Notes: generated from the sequence alone by a model not told the origin. DNA of 64,000 nucleotides from Gammaproteobacteria bacterium (GCA_965222615.1 CBDCUI010000009.1:128001-192000), one strand, 5' to 3'; shown: positions 9,338 to 19,511, numbered from the stretch's first letter. Made by a program: numbers and translations.

Positions 9338-11716
9338 ATGTCAAAAGCACATACTATGGGAAGTACAGTCGAATCTAAGCAGAATTCGTTACTTTCAACG
9401 CCCACGTTTGATATTGAAATTCCCGGTTATGAAATTATCAAACAATGCGGTGATGGTGGAACCGCGAAAGTCTTTATTGCAACACAAAAATCTCTAGACC
9501 GACAGGTTGCACTTAAAATAATGCTGTCTGCATTAGCTGTCGATGAAGACCATAGTACAAGATTTTTAAAAGAAGGGCGCGTTATCGCTAAGCTTACTCA
9601 CCCAAATATCGTCACTATTTATGATGTAGGCGTATCGGATAATAATCATTATATTGCAATGGAGTATTTGCCATCTGGAAGTTTGAGAGAAAAGTTTTCC
9701 AATAAGCTTGAGTTAAGTGAAATATTAAAAATAGTAGAGCAAATTGCTTCTGCACTTGCATATGCGCATGAAAATGGATTTGTGCATCGAGATATCAAGC
9801 CAGAAAACATCTTATTTCGAAAAGATGATGTGGCAGTACTTTCTGATTTTGGTATTGCAAAAGTTGTAGATACGCGTACTCAGATAACCAACCGAGGTAG
9901 TTTGGGTACACCGCGTTATATGAGTCCAGATCAAATTCGTTCAAATCCAATTGGTCCGAGTTCAGATGTTTATTCGCTAGGAGTAGTTCTGTATGAAATG
10001 TTAACGGGTCAACCGCCTTACGATAGCGATGATAGTGTTTCAATATTGTATTCCCATGTTCATGAATCAATCCCAGCGTTACCATTGGATAGCCGACATT
10101 TACAACCTTTAATTAACAAAATGTTGGCGAAAGAAACTAAATATCGGTTAACAGATGCGGGTGAAGTATTAACTGTCCTTAGATATTTAATAAAAGAAGG
10201 CAGACTCCCTAAAGAGTTGATTCATTCAACATCAGGCTCAATCCCTATCAACCAACCAACTATTTTAGTCGATCAGAAGACGATTGATGAAGTAGTTAGT
10301 GGAAATAAAAGTGTTGGGCAAGAATCGCAAATTACAAAATCACTAGCAAACAAAAAAAATCACACCATACCTGTAACCAGTGATGAGCTTGCAGAAGCTA
10401 TTTCTACTCAGGCTCGTATTGAAGAGTATAAAAATAATTCAAACAGTTTTATTAAACGGGTAGTAGATAGTGTATCAAGTTCAACCAAAGCTCTAAATAA
10501 CAAGGTTAATAAAGTTCCAACGATCTTACCAAAACCTAAACTTAATCTAAAAACTAATTCAAAAAGTGCAAAATACTTACTATATCAAGATTCTGGTATT
10601 GAGCGAGTTGTAAAAATTGTATTACATCCAATCTTGCTTGGCGTAGCAGGCATTATTGCGGCATTTAGTTTATTTGTTGCATATAACATCAATGAAACAA
10701 ACGAAGAAACACAACAACAAATGCATGTCAGTAATATAGAAGACACGATGAAAACTACAAAGAATGAGCCTGTTATTACAAAACCAATTGAAGTCAATGA
10801 TTCCAGTATTAAAAATGCAGACATAGTTGTTAAAGATGAAACGCAAGTAATTGACAGCCCGATATCTAAGACAGAAAAAATACAAACATGGTTAAGTGAA
10901 GCGGAATCATTGATTGAAAAAGGTCAATATATTTCACCTGCCAGAGAAAATGCGCTTAGCAAATATCAACAAATATTGAGTCTTGAACCAGGAAACGAAC
11001 AAGCATTAGTTGGGTTGCAAAGTATTGTCAATCGCTATACTGAACAGGCAAAGCTAGCTGGCTTTGGAGGTGTGTTTGCTGCGAATCCGCAGAATTTAAG
11101 CGGAGAAAAAGATACTGTAATTCAATTAGCCAATTTTAATCAAAATCAAAACACTGGCATAGAGCTCGAAAAAACTAACAGCGATTCAAGCTCTGCTAAA
11201 AAAATTATTATTGAAAGCGAGAACGAACCAAATAAAAAACAAGACAAGGATAAAACTGTACAAGAAGTTGTGGAGGTTAAAACTGATGACAAATCATTGC
11301 TAATTAATGACAAAGAATCTAAGCTGAGTGCTGAAAAAGAAAGTGAACCTACATCAATTAATGTTGCACTAACTGAACAAAAACCTTCAAAAAATAAAAA
11401 CGAGATATCGAAAAACAAAATAAAGGAATTAATTGCACTTGCAGATGCATATATTGAAAAAGATTATCTTACTTTTCCGATTGGTGAGAATGCATTGGAA
11501 GTATATCAACATATAAGACAGATCGATCCAAACCACCCATCCATTGAGAAGGGATTTGAGCGAATTGCCGATCACTATGCACTTGCTGCTGAACGACGTT
11601 TTGCCAATGGAGATATCGAACGAGCAATCACATTAGTGCGACGTGGGTTACGAGTTCAATCAAATCACGAATGGTTGCAACAACTAGAAGAAGAGCTAGC
11701 ACCGTATGGTTATTAA
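9338..11716 (+). CDS. Membrane Hanks-type Ser/Thr protein kinase
   Basis: VALK, HRDIKPEN, DFG, GTPRY, DVYSLG; TM helix; two periplasmic copies of a P..ENAL..YQ.I..L.P helical motif. Confidence 0.92.
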   Translation: MSKAHTMGSTVESKQNSLLSTPTFDIEIPGYEIIKQCGDGGTAKVFIATQKSLDRQVALKIMLSALAVDEDHSTRFLKEGRVIAKLTHPNIVTIYDVGVSDNNHYIAMEYLPSGSLREKFSNKLELSEILKIVEQIASALAYAHENGFVHRDIKPENILFRKDDVAVLSDFGIAKVVDTRTQITNRGSLGTPRYMSPDQIRSNPIGPSSDVYSLGVVLYEMLTGQPPYDSDDSVSILYSHVHESIPALPLDSRHLQPLINKMLAKETKYRLTDAGEVLTVLRYLIKEGRLPKELIHSTSGSIPINQPTILVDQKTIDEVVSGNKSVGQESQITKSLANKKNHTIPVTSDELAEAISTQARIEEYKNNSNSFIKRVVDSVSSSTKALNNKVNKVPTILPKPKLNLKTNSKSAKYLLYQDSGIERVVKIVLHPILLGVAGIIAAFSLFVAYNINETNEETQQQMHVSNIEDTMKTTKNEPVITKPIEVNDSSIKNADIVVKDETQVIDSPISKTEKIQTWLSEAESLIEKGQYISPARENALSKYQQILSLEPGNEQALVGLQSIVNRYTEQAKLAGFGGVFAANPQNLSGEKDTVIQLANFNQNQNTGIELEKTNSDSSSAKKIIIESENEPNKKQDKDKTVQEVVEVKTDDKSLLINDKESKLSAEKESEPTSINVALTEQKPSKNKNEISKNKIKELIALADAYIEKDYLTFPIGENALEVYQHIRQIDPNHPSIEKGFERIADHYALAAERRFANGDIERAITLVRRGLRVQSNHEWLQQLEEELAPYGY

Positions 11717-11753
11717 ATAATGAAATGATTTATGAGTATTTAAAAAACAAAAA

Positions 11754-12287
11754 ATGCAAAAACAGCAAAAATCATATACCCGAAATCGAGCTGATAAAAA
11801 AACACGTGGATCGATCACGGTAGAGTTTGCCATAACCTTAATCCTGTTATTTCTCTTTCTAACTACTTATTTGCTCATCTCAAGTGGGTTAGTGGGCCAT
11901 GAACGCGAAACCTATGCGGCTTATGTAGGGGCACGCGCCAACGCAGTGGGTGCTAACGTCAATCGTGCCGTTACCATGGTACGCGGTAAAACCTCAGAAG
12001 TACGTGGTGATCGAGTCACTGTACGAGACGAATTGGAAATGCCGATTGATTTTAATCAATGGGTATTTCCTCGCAAAGATCGGACGTATACGGTGGAACA
12101 AGAACTACGAGTAGCCGTGGAGCAACGAGACAGTGGCGATAATATGTGGATGCCAACCCGCAGCATATTTGGATTGGGGTCAAATAAAGACACAAACTTT
12201 TCGCCGCTAGATAAGCCATCAAGCTTAATCGATCCCAACAACGACGGCGAGCAATGCAAACTATATTGTTGTGGTGAAAAACCTTAA
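11754..12287 (+). CDS. TadE-like minor pilin/pseudopilin
   Basis: RG|SITVEFAITLILLFLFL prepilin motif, then YAAYVGARA (TadE 'AAxxGAR' pattern). Confidence 0.75.
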   Translation: MQKQQKSYTRNRADKKTRGSITVEFAITLILLFLFLTTYLLISSGLVGHERETYAAYVGARANAVGANVNRAVTMVRGKTSEVRGDRVTVRDELEMPIDFNQWVFPRKDRTYTVEQELRVAVEQRDSGDNMWMPTRSIFGLGSNKDTNFSPLDKPSSLIDPNNDGEQCKLYCCGEKP

Positions 12288-12351
12288 ATTTTAATGCTGA
12301 TTATGCCAAAACAAGCTAAACATTAATCGATTAGATAAGCAGGGGACAAGT

Positions 12352-15300
12352 GTGTATCGAACAAGAACTCACAAAAACACAATGGTTGGTCAAAAAAAAA
12401 GCTTAGTAATCGTTAAAATATACAGCGATCAAATAAAAGTAATCATATTGACCACAATCCTGGCGTGCATATTAAATACACCTGTCAATAGCGCTGAGGT
12501 CGGCGGCTGTGGGGCAGACGGTGGGGACCCCCGATGTGCAAGCACAGCCGATCCAGGGAGTACACCAAAAACAGGGACGCCCAACGTCGGCAGCAGCAAT
12601 CCCATCAATCTCATCACCGGCAACAAATACCAACGCGAAGACGATCATCAACCCTATTTAGGCAATACTGCGACCAAGCTAGTATTCATGCGCCATTACA
12701 ACAGTGCCAATACCGACAACGACTTCGGCTTAGGCCCGGGTTGGAGCATGAGCTACGACACCCGCATCGGTCAACTCAGTGAACAACAACTCCAGATCGT
12801 ACAAAGCGACGGGCGACGCATCGTATTTACACGCAAATCCAACCCCGAAACCAATGAAAGTAAATACCAAGCCGTAAATCCCACCGATGGGACAATCTAT
12901 CAAAACGACCACCACTATCGCTGGTATCTACGTGATGGTCGTGCACTCTATTTTAATTTAGACGGCCAACTGACCCGCATCCATCACCAAACCCGCAATA
13001 TCACCTTAACGATGTATCGCAATACCCGAGGCTGGCTCACACAAGTCCGCGATGATGCCGAACGCCGCATCCAGCTGCAGTACTATGACAAAAAAGATGC
13101 GCAGCAAACCAACGGTATAAACGTAACCGACAGGCTACACGGCAAACTTCGTCGCATCACGATTCCCACTGGCGAAACCATCCACTACCACTACGATCAA
13201 GCCGGCAACCTACGACAAGTCACCTATCCCAATCAAACCACTCGCAGCTATCACTACGAAGATGTAAATCATCCGCATGCCCTCACGGGCATCACCAATG
13301 AAAAAAACACAAGAACAGTGACCTGGGGGTATGATCAAGAGGGGCGCGCCAACTTATCTGAACAAGCCGCACAAGTAGGGCGAGTGACCCTAGACTACCA
13401 ATTGCCCCTGCATGCAAACGAACTTGGGCGCACCCTGGTTACCAACAGTTTGGGGCAACAAGCGACTTATACTTGGCGGCGCGATGCGCTACAGGCGCAA
13501 GCCTTACTCCTACGAGGTGAAGGGATTGCTTGTAGCAGCTGTCCCAAGACTGGGGTGCAGTATCAATATAACGAAAACTATCAGCTCAGCGAAGCTACCT
13601 TTCAAGATTATCTCTCTATTCGTTATCGCTACGACAATTTAGGAAGATTAAGCAGCCTTACTCAACAGGCTGAAGACACGCCTGAACAAATGATCGAACG
13701 TTTTGAATATTTAGGCGAAACCAATTTAAAAACGGCTATCCACCGGCCCAGTGTTAAACCAAATTCAGAATACATAATTACCTATACATATGATCAAAAC
13801 CAACAACTAATACAAATTGATGAGCAAGGATATTCTCCAGACTCAGAATATAATTTTGATCCAATACATCGAATTACACGTTTGAGGTATAAAAATAGAA
13901 ACCTTGTTGAAATAAATGGACCGAGAGGAGATGTAAGTGATGTTATACAACTTAACTATGACCATGAAGATCAACTAGCTAAAATTATTACACCTGATCA
14001 AGTTGCTATAAGCGTACTGGCTTATGATCAATATGCAAGACCTGTAAAACTACAGCCCACTAATCAGAAAGCACTGGAAATAAAATACACTGAACGCGGC
14101 TTACTGAAACAAATTAAACAAGGTGCAAATACAATAGACTATGCCTATGATCATGCCGGAAAAATAAATCATGTCTCTACATCTAATGGCAAAAAAATAT
14201 CGGTAACCTATGATGATGCAGGCAGGTTAAGGGAATTACGCAACGGAATTCGAAATCGAATAAAAGTAGAGCTGGATACAGAAAGTAATATTCTAGCGAG
14301 TACAGTTGTTGATAACGGGATCGTAAAAACGCTGACATACCTCTATGATGCAACCGGGCGTTTGAATCAATTCCAAGGAGGGGATGGCAATGTTGTTGCG
14401 AATTATGAATATGATAATTTAGGCAACTTGGTTCAAATCCAGGATGCTGAGGGGAATGTAAATCCGTTGTATCAACCCAATCTCGATTCAATGTTTGAAG
14501 CCGCTTTGGCATCAAATACAAAGGTACAATCGAATGCATTAAAAGAGCAAGAAAACATCGAGAGTGTAACCGATGCGCGTGGCAATACTACAGATTACGT
14601 ACAAGATGATTTTGGTCGTATAGTCACTATAGAAAGCCCCGATACAGGATTAGCTCACTATGTGTATGATAACGCCAATAACATTATTAAAGAGATCAAT
14701 GCACTTGGACAAAAAACTACCTATGAATATGATGCTGCAAATCAACTAATAAGTTGGAAAGATGATAAAGGACTTGTTCGTATTCAATATAGTCAAGGAC
14801 AAATAAGTGAGATAATAGATAAGTACTCAACAGAAAAATTCAAATATGATGGTCTAGGGAATGTAGCTGAACATACCAGGCATATAGATGGTTTTACGTT
14901 TACAACAGCCTATCATTACGATGAAGAAACCGGTCGATTAAAATACAAAGACCTCCTCGATGGGCAAACCTTGCGCTTCCATTATCACGAAAATGGAAAA
15001 TTACATGCCATCACGCGAAAAAACCTACTTGGCCAAAGTACTATCATCGGTGAAATCAATACAAGCGAAGCCAATCGCCATTATGTACATGGCAACGGCA
15101 TCGTCACCGACTACCAATACAATGCAGAGGGTCAACTTACAAGCATCTATAGCCAACAAGTGCATAATCTTGAGTATCAATACGATCAAAGAGGAAACAT
15201 CATCGGCATCCAACTTGATGGCATTGCAAACCAATACAATTATGATTCTATCGGGCGTTTAACGAATGCAATCAATCCTACAGTTACCTATGCTTATCAA

Positions 15301-16725
15301 TACGATGAACTCGGCAACCGAACACAAACTACAGAAAATGAGGTAACCACAAATTATCGCTATGCAAATTACGCAGAAGGTAATCGACTCCTGTCTAAAA
15401 ATGAAAACCAGCAATACGAATACAATGCAGCAGGAAGTCCAACCAAAATCGGCACAAAAACCTATGAATATGATACCGACCAGCGACCGACAAAACTATA
15501 TATAAACAACCAGCTCAAAGCAGAATATACCTACAATGGTTTTGGTGAACGCATTAAGAAAGTAAGCTACCAAGGCAATCAGAAACAAGTCACATACTAC
15601 TTTTACAATGGCGAAGGAAAATTAACTGCAGAAGCCGATGAAACCGGCACCATTACCTCACAATATGTATATCTCAACCATCAACCGATCGCCAAACTCG
15701 AGCATAAAAAAATCTATGCGATTCATACTGATCGATTAGGTACATCGCATAAAGTCACTGACAAACAGGGCGAAATCATATGGGCGGCAGAATATAGCCC
15801 CTTTGGAAAGGCTAAAATAACCACAGCACACATCACTCTCAATCTGCGCTTTCCCGGCCAGTATTACGATCAAGAATCTGATACCCACTACAATTATCTA
15901 CGAGATTACGACCCCGAAACCGGACGTTATCTCACTTCCGATCCCATTGGCTTAGAAGGCGGCATCAATCTTTATGCGTATGTAAATAATAATCCATTAG
16001 CACTCATGGATCTGCGTGGTACTTCTCCACTTTCATGGTTAGCTAAACAGGCAGGTAAAAAAGTTGCAGTTAAGAAGTTCAAGAAAGAACTTGTGAAACA
16101 ACTAAAGCCAAGATTAGATAGACTGCTTGAAAAAGATAATCTTGGCGATGCGGCTAAAAAACAACTACAAAAAGACTACGATGAAATCCTGGAGGCAATT
16201 AGTGCCTTAAGTGATGGTTTAGATGTTTGGGATTTAATTGAACTTGTTCCAATAGCCGGTGATGCAGTAGGTGCATATCGATTTATTGATAAATGTCAAA
16301 ATATAGCAAGTTTGTTAAAGCGGTTTACACGAAAGACGATCGGTTTTTCGCGATTGCCAGCAAAAGGCTCAGGTAAATGGACTGGTGGAATTGGTCAAGG
16401 TAAATTTACTCCCAATAAAGATACAGATCTTTATAAGGCGCTTCCTGACGGAAATAAAAGTATTACCTATAAAGATGGGATGCCAGACTTAAAACCTTTC
16501 TCAAAAGGAAATGTTAAAATAAAGGGGTTAAAAGGTACTGATGCTGATAAAGCAGCAGCAATTAGAAAGATGAAGAAAGAGAATCCAGGTTGGGAACAGC
16601 CGCCTAATACTGATTGGCATCATGATCCGGATTGTTTAACTATGGTGTTGATTGATAAAACTCTTCATAAAGCGCTAGGTCATACTGGTGGTGCTGAAGT
16701 CATCAAGCAAGGTGCCTGTAATTAA
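12352..16725 (+). CDS. rhs: Rhs/YD-repeat polymorphic toxin with C-terminal WHH (HNH/EndoVII) nuclease
   Basis: Hydrophobic signal-like N-terminus; NPINLITGNKYQ (DUF6531-like); many YD repeats; core LRFPGQYYD..YNYLRDYDPETGRYLTSDPIGLEGGINLYAY; pre-toxin DLIELVPIAGDA; C-terminal YKDGMPD..WHH..H..GHTGG. ATG 12382 is an alternative start. Confidence 0.92.
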   Translation: MYRTRTHKNTMVGQKKSLVIVKIYSDQIKVIILTTILACILNTPVNSAEVGGCGADGGDPRCASTADPGSTPKTGTPNVGSSNPINLITGNKYQREDDHQPYLGNTATKLVFMRHYNSANTDNDFGLGPGWSMSYDTRIGQLSEQQLQIVQSDGRRIVFTRKSNPETNESKYQAVNPTDGTIYQNDHHYRWYLRDGRALYFNLDGQLTRIHHQTRNITLTMYRNTRGWLTQVRDDAERRIQLQYYDKKDAQQTNGINVTDRLHGKLRRITIPTGETIHYHYDQAGNLRQVTYPNQTTRSYHYEDVNHPHALTGITNEKNTRTVTWGYDQEGRANLSEQAAQVGRVTLDYQLPLHANELGRTLVTNSLGQQATYTWRRDALQAQALLLRGEGIACSSCPKTGVQYQYNENYQLSEATFQDYLSIRYRYDNLGRLSSLTQQAEDTPEQMIERFEYLGETNLKTAIHRPSVKPNSEYIITYTYDQNQQLIQIDEQGYSPDSEYNFDPIHRITRLRYKNRNLVEINGPRGDVSDVIQLNYDHEDQLAKIITPDQVAISVLAYDQYARPVKLQPTNQKALEIKYTERGLLKQIKQGANTIDYAYDHAGKINHVSTSNGKKISVTYDDAGRLRELRNGIRNRIKVELDTESNILASTVVDNGIVKTLTYLYDATGRLNQFQGGDGNVVANYEYDNLGNLVQIQDAEGNVNPLYQPNLDSMFEAALASNTKVQSNALKEQENIESVTDARGNTTDYVQDDFGRIVTIESPDTGLAHYVYDNANNIIKEINALGQKTTYEYDAANQLISWKDDKGLVRIQYSQGQISEIIDKYSTEKFKYDGLGNVAEHTRHIDGFTFTTAYHYDEETGRLKYKDLLDGQTLRFHYHENGKLHAITRKNLLGQSTIIGEINTSEANRHYVHGNGIVTDYQYNAEGQLTSIYSQQVHNLEYQYDQRGNIIGIQLDGIANQYNYDSIGRLTNAINPTVTYAYQYDELGNRTQTTENEVTTNYRYANYAEGNRLLSKNENQQYEYNAAGSPTKIGTKTYEYDTDQRPTKLYINNQLKAEYTYNGFGERIKKVSYQGNQKQVTYYFYNGEGKLTAEADETGTITSQYVYLNHQPIAKLEHKKIYAIHTDRLGTSHKVTDKQGEIIWAAEYSPFGKAKITTAHITLNLRFPGQYYDQESDTHYNYLRDYDPETGRYLTSDPIGLEGGINLYAYVNNNPLALMDLRGTSPLSWLAKQAGKKVAVKKFKKELVKQLKPRLDRLLEKDNLGDAAKKQLQKDYDEILEAISALSDGLDVWDLIELVPIAGDAVGAYRFIDKCQNIASLLKRFTRKTIGFSRLPAKGSGKWTGGIGQGKFTPNKDTDLYKALPDGNKSITYKDGMPDLKPFSKGNVKIKGLKGTDADKAAAIRKMKKENPGWEQPPNTDWHHDPDCLTMVLIDKTLHKALGHTGGAEVIKQGACN

Positions 16726-16762
16726 TATAGTTAATGAATGTCAATCTATCGATAAGTCAATA

Positions 16763-17692
16763 ATGAAAGAATTTCACTTTCAGAATCAAAGTCAAATAGA
16801 AGCGACTGATAAGAAGATCAGGAATTTGGAAAAATTTATTGATGCAAAACTGCCTGATGATTTCATTCAGTTTTTGAAAGAATATAAAGGAGGTTGGTTA
16901 CCTACTAGAAGGGATTTCGTGGTTTTTTGGGGTAAAAATAATGACCTTCCCTGGCCTAAGCAAGAGGGTAATACAAATAGCTTATATAGTATTGAAGAAC
17001 TTCAGGAATCGTTTAAGGATAATTTAAAGGATCCAGAATATTTCTTTTTGCCGATTAAAGATCTTGAAATTGGGTATAGTGAAAGTGGCCGAGTATTTAT
17101 CAAGCTTCATGAGCCACACAGAGGTAAAGTTTTTTTCTGGCCGTATGAGTTGATTGCAGCGTATGATGACATCCTGGATTATCGTCCCAAGTTTGATTTT
17201 GCAAATCATAATCTCTATCTGCCTGAACTTGCAAGTGTAGTGGCCGACACCTTTGAAATATTTAGCTATGCATTATTAAATAAATATGAAGACTATTCAT
17301 TGACTGCTGGTAAAGATTACCTTGTAAGCTTGCTAGATGGCTCTAAAGAAGACATACAATTCTGGAAAAAGAAAGGAGAGCATGGAGAAATGTTGCGCCA
17401 AATGCTCGAATATTCGTTTTACAACGTAATGTTAAATCATTTCTCCAGGGCCAAAACAGCCTATAAAGCCTTCTGCAAGGCCAAAGACAAATACGAAGAT
17501 GAGTCACTTGATTGCATCTTGCAATGGGAAGGCTGGAAAGCCCATATCCAATTGGCTGAACAAGAACACCAAAATGGGCTCCCTGATTGGCGCTTTCGAT
17601 TTGCCCGTCGAGTCAGTAGCATCGATCCGGATCAAGAACCTCTACCTATTCCAGAAGGCTTTGAATATAGTGAAGTGATCACCTTGTCCTAA
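16763..17692 (+). CDS. SMI1/KNR4 (SUKH) immunity protein with C-terminal extension
   Basis: IRNLEKFIDAKLPDDFIQFLKEYKGG..IG..G.V.FW..VADTFE; immediately after the toxin; ATG 16763 (ORF track 16688). Confidence 0.82.
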   Translation: MKEFHFQNQSQIEATDKKIRNLEKFIDAKLPDDFIQFLKEYKGGWLPTRRDFVVFWGKNNDLPWPKQEGNTNSLYSIEELQESFKDNLKDPEYFFLPIKDLEIGYSESGRVFIKLHEPHRGKVFFWPYELIAAYDDILDYRPKFDFANHNLYLPELASVVADTFEIFSYALLNKYEDYSLTAGKDYLVSLLDGSKEDIQFWKKKGEHGEMLRQMLEYSFYNVMLNHFSRAKTAYKAFCKAKDKYEDESLDCILQWEGWKAHIQLAEQEHQNGLPDWRFRFARRVSSIDPDQEPLPIPEGFEYSEVITLS

Positions 17693-17714
17693 ATTTAACC
17701 ATAATCATTACACT

Positions 17715-17984
17715 GTGCCCAAGATCAAAAACAAGCGAGTACATGCCAACCTTACTCAAGAGATCAATGAAATCGAGCAAGACTTAGATAAATTCTTTGC
17801 ACGCCGAATGTTTATTTGGCGATGGCGAACTATATTTACTGCTATATTTGTTGGAATTCTGAATTACTTTTATCCAAACTTATGGTGGTTGTGGTTTATT
17901 CCATTATTATCACTAGTAATAATGGGCGTGATGTATTTGTTGGCGAAGAGGGACATTGCAAAAGTACTGGAAAAATTAGATTGA
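17715..17984 (+). CDS. Small two-TM membrane protein
   Basis: 89 aa with two hydrophobic segments; a decayed paralogue at 19150-19307 supports coding status. Confidence 0.65.
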   Translation: MPKIKNKRVHANLTQEINEIEQDLDKFFARRMFIWRWRTIFTAIFVGILNYFYPNLWWLWFIPLLSLVIMGVMYLLAKRDIAKVLEKLD

Positions 17985-18325
17985 TGGGAAAAAGAATTTT
18001 CTCCAATTAAAACACTTTAACATCAGTTAGTTATTTTGTTTTTTTAAACTAAAATATCCGTGTAATACTTAAGCTTTTCAATATCTGAAAATCTCGATAA
18101 GCTTGTCTTTATCAAATTAGTTCATTCACCAAATTAATGGAGCCCAGAAAATCAATAATAAGAGAAATAGGGTAATTTCAAAAAATATGAACATCTTAAA
18201 ATCAGTAAAGTTTTTCCTTATTTAAAGAAATCTATTCTGGCTTTGGTTAGAAAATGAATAAAGCTTGATTATCTTAAATAAATTGTATTTTTATAGAACT
18301 TAGACTCAATTAACGGGGGGTAGTT

Positions 18326-19084
18326 ATGAAATTTTTTATGAAGGTTGGAATTCTTGTTATTCCTTTAATCATTATAAGCCTTAGTTCTGTATCTCACTCT
18401 GGAGATATTTTTGGCAAAGTGATGGACAACATTGATATTGGTGTGGCTGCGTTCCAGATGAATGAGGAATATGTAAAGACACAATCCATAGCAGCAGTGG
18501 CAGAAATGGATGAGCGGAACCCAGTAGCGCCTGATGATAACGAATATTACCTCCGCTTAAATAAGATTGTTGCAGGTCTTTCTACTTATGAAGATCTCAA
18601 GCTAAATTTCAAAGTATATTTAGTCAAAGATGTTAATGCGTTTGCTACACCCGATGGCTCTATTCGTGTATTTGCTGGCTTAATGGATTTAATGTCAGAT
18701 GATCAGATTTTAGCAGTAATCGGTCATGAAATAGGTCATGTGAAGTTAAAACATGCTTACAATCAAATGAAACAATCACTGAAAACTGAAATAGGGTTTC
18801 GTGCTTTAGCGATGGCTGGCGGTACTGCAGCTACTTTATCGAAATCTCAGCTTGGAAAACTTGCTAATGCATATTTGCACTCAAGTTATTCGCAAAGTGA
18901 TGAACTTGAATCAGATGCATTCTCTGTAAAGTTTCTTAAAGAAAGAAATAATAATCCTAGAAATATGATTGGTGCAATTAAAGTGCTTGAAGAAAAGTAT
19001 GGTTCTGGCTCAGATTTTTTAACCTCACATCCTTCTAATACACGTCGAATTCAGGAACTCGAGATGCAAATCAATCAAAGCTAA
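18326..19084 (+). CDS. M48-family zinc metallopeptidase (LoiP-like)
   Basis: Signal peptide; VNAFATPDG, HEIGH, ELESD, FLTSHP. Confidence 0.9.
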   Translation: MKFFMKVGILVIPLIIISLSSVSHSGDIFGKVMDNIDIGVAAFQMNEEYVKTQSIAAVAEMDERNPVAPDDNEYYLRLNKIVAGLSTYEDLKLNFKVYLVKDVNAFATPDGSIRVFAGLMDLMSDDQILAVIGHEIGHVKLKHAYNQMKQSLKTEIGFRALAMAGGTAATLSKSQLGKLANAYLHSSYSQSDELESDAFSVKFLKERNNNPRNMIGAIKVLEEKYGSGSDFLTSHPSNTRRIQELEMQINQS

Positions 19085-19149
19085 AAATATAGCTTGAATA
19101 AATTTCTATAAATAGTTTGGTTAGTTTAGTAGCCGTGGCGGTATTTGCC

Positions 19150-19307
19150 GCAGATCCAGATTCACTACTTTATTTGTTGGGATACATTATTACTTTTACC
19201 CTAACCTATGGTGACTGTGGGTTATTACATTACTAGCATTAGCATTAATGGGCTCGATATACATATCCGTAAAAAATATAGGAAAAGTACGCAAAAAATT
19301 AGATTGA
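19150..19307 (+). pseudogene. Decayed paralogue of 17715..17984
   Basis: Translates FTTLFVGIHYYFYPNLW*LWVI...KVRKKLD* versus FTAIFVGILNYFYPNLWWLWFI...KVLEKLD*; TGG>TGA at 19212; no intact 5' end. Confidence 0.8.
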
Positions 19308-19511
19308 GCATTAAGGAAGTTTATTCTTAGATATAGAAATATTGAGTCAAGGCTATTTGATAGGAAGAATTAGTTTTGTTTTTAAGCTAGTAACCTACTT
19401 AAAAATCGGTTAGCTCCAATTATCCAAGTAGTTTAATAAACTTTTTTGCTCAATTTTGAATTCTCTGAATTTAAGATAGACTTCTAAAATTGAATCAGGT
19501 TGGTGTATCAG

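Noticed and set aside
4676-17692. Type VI secretion system (FHA + Ser/Thr kinase + Rhs)
   Set aside because: No TssB/C/J/K/L/M, Hcp, VgrG, ClpV or PAAR recognisable; neighbours are pilus-type genes and the Rhs has a signal-like N-terminus.
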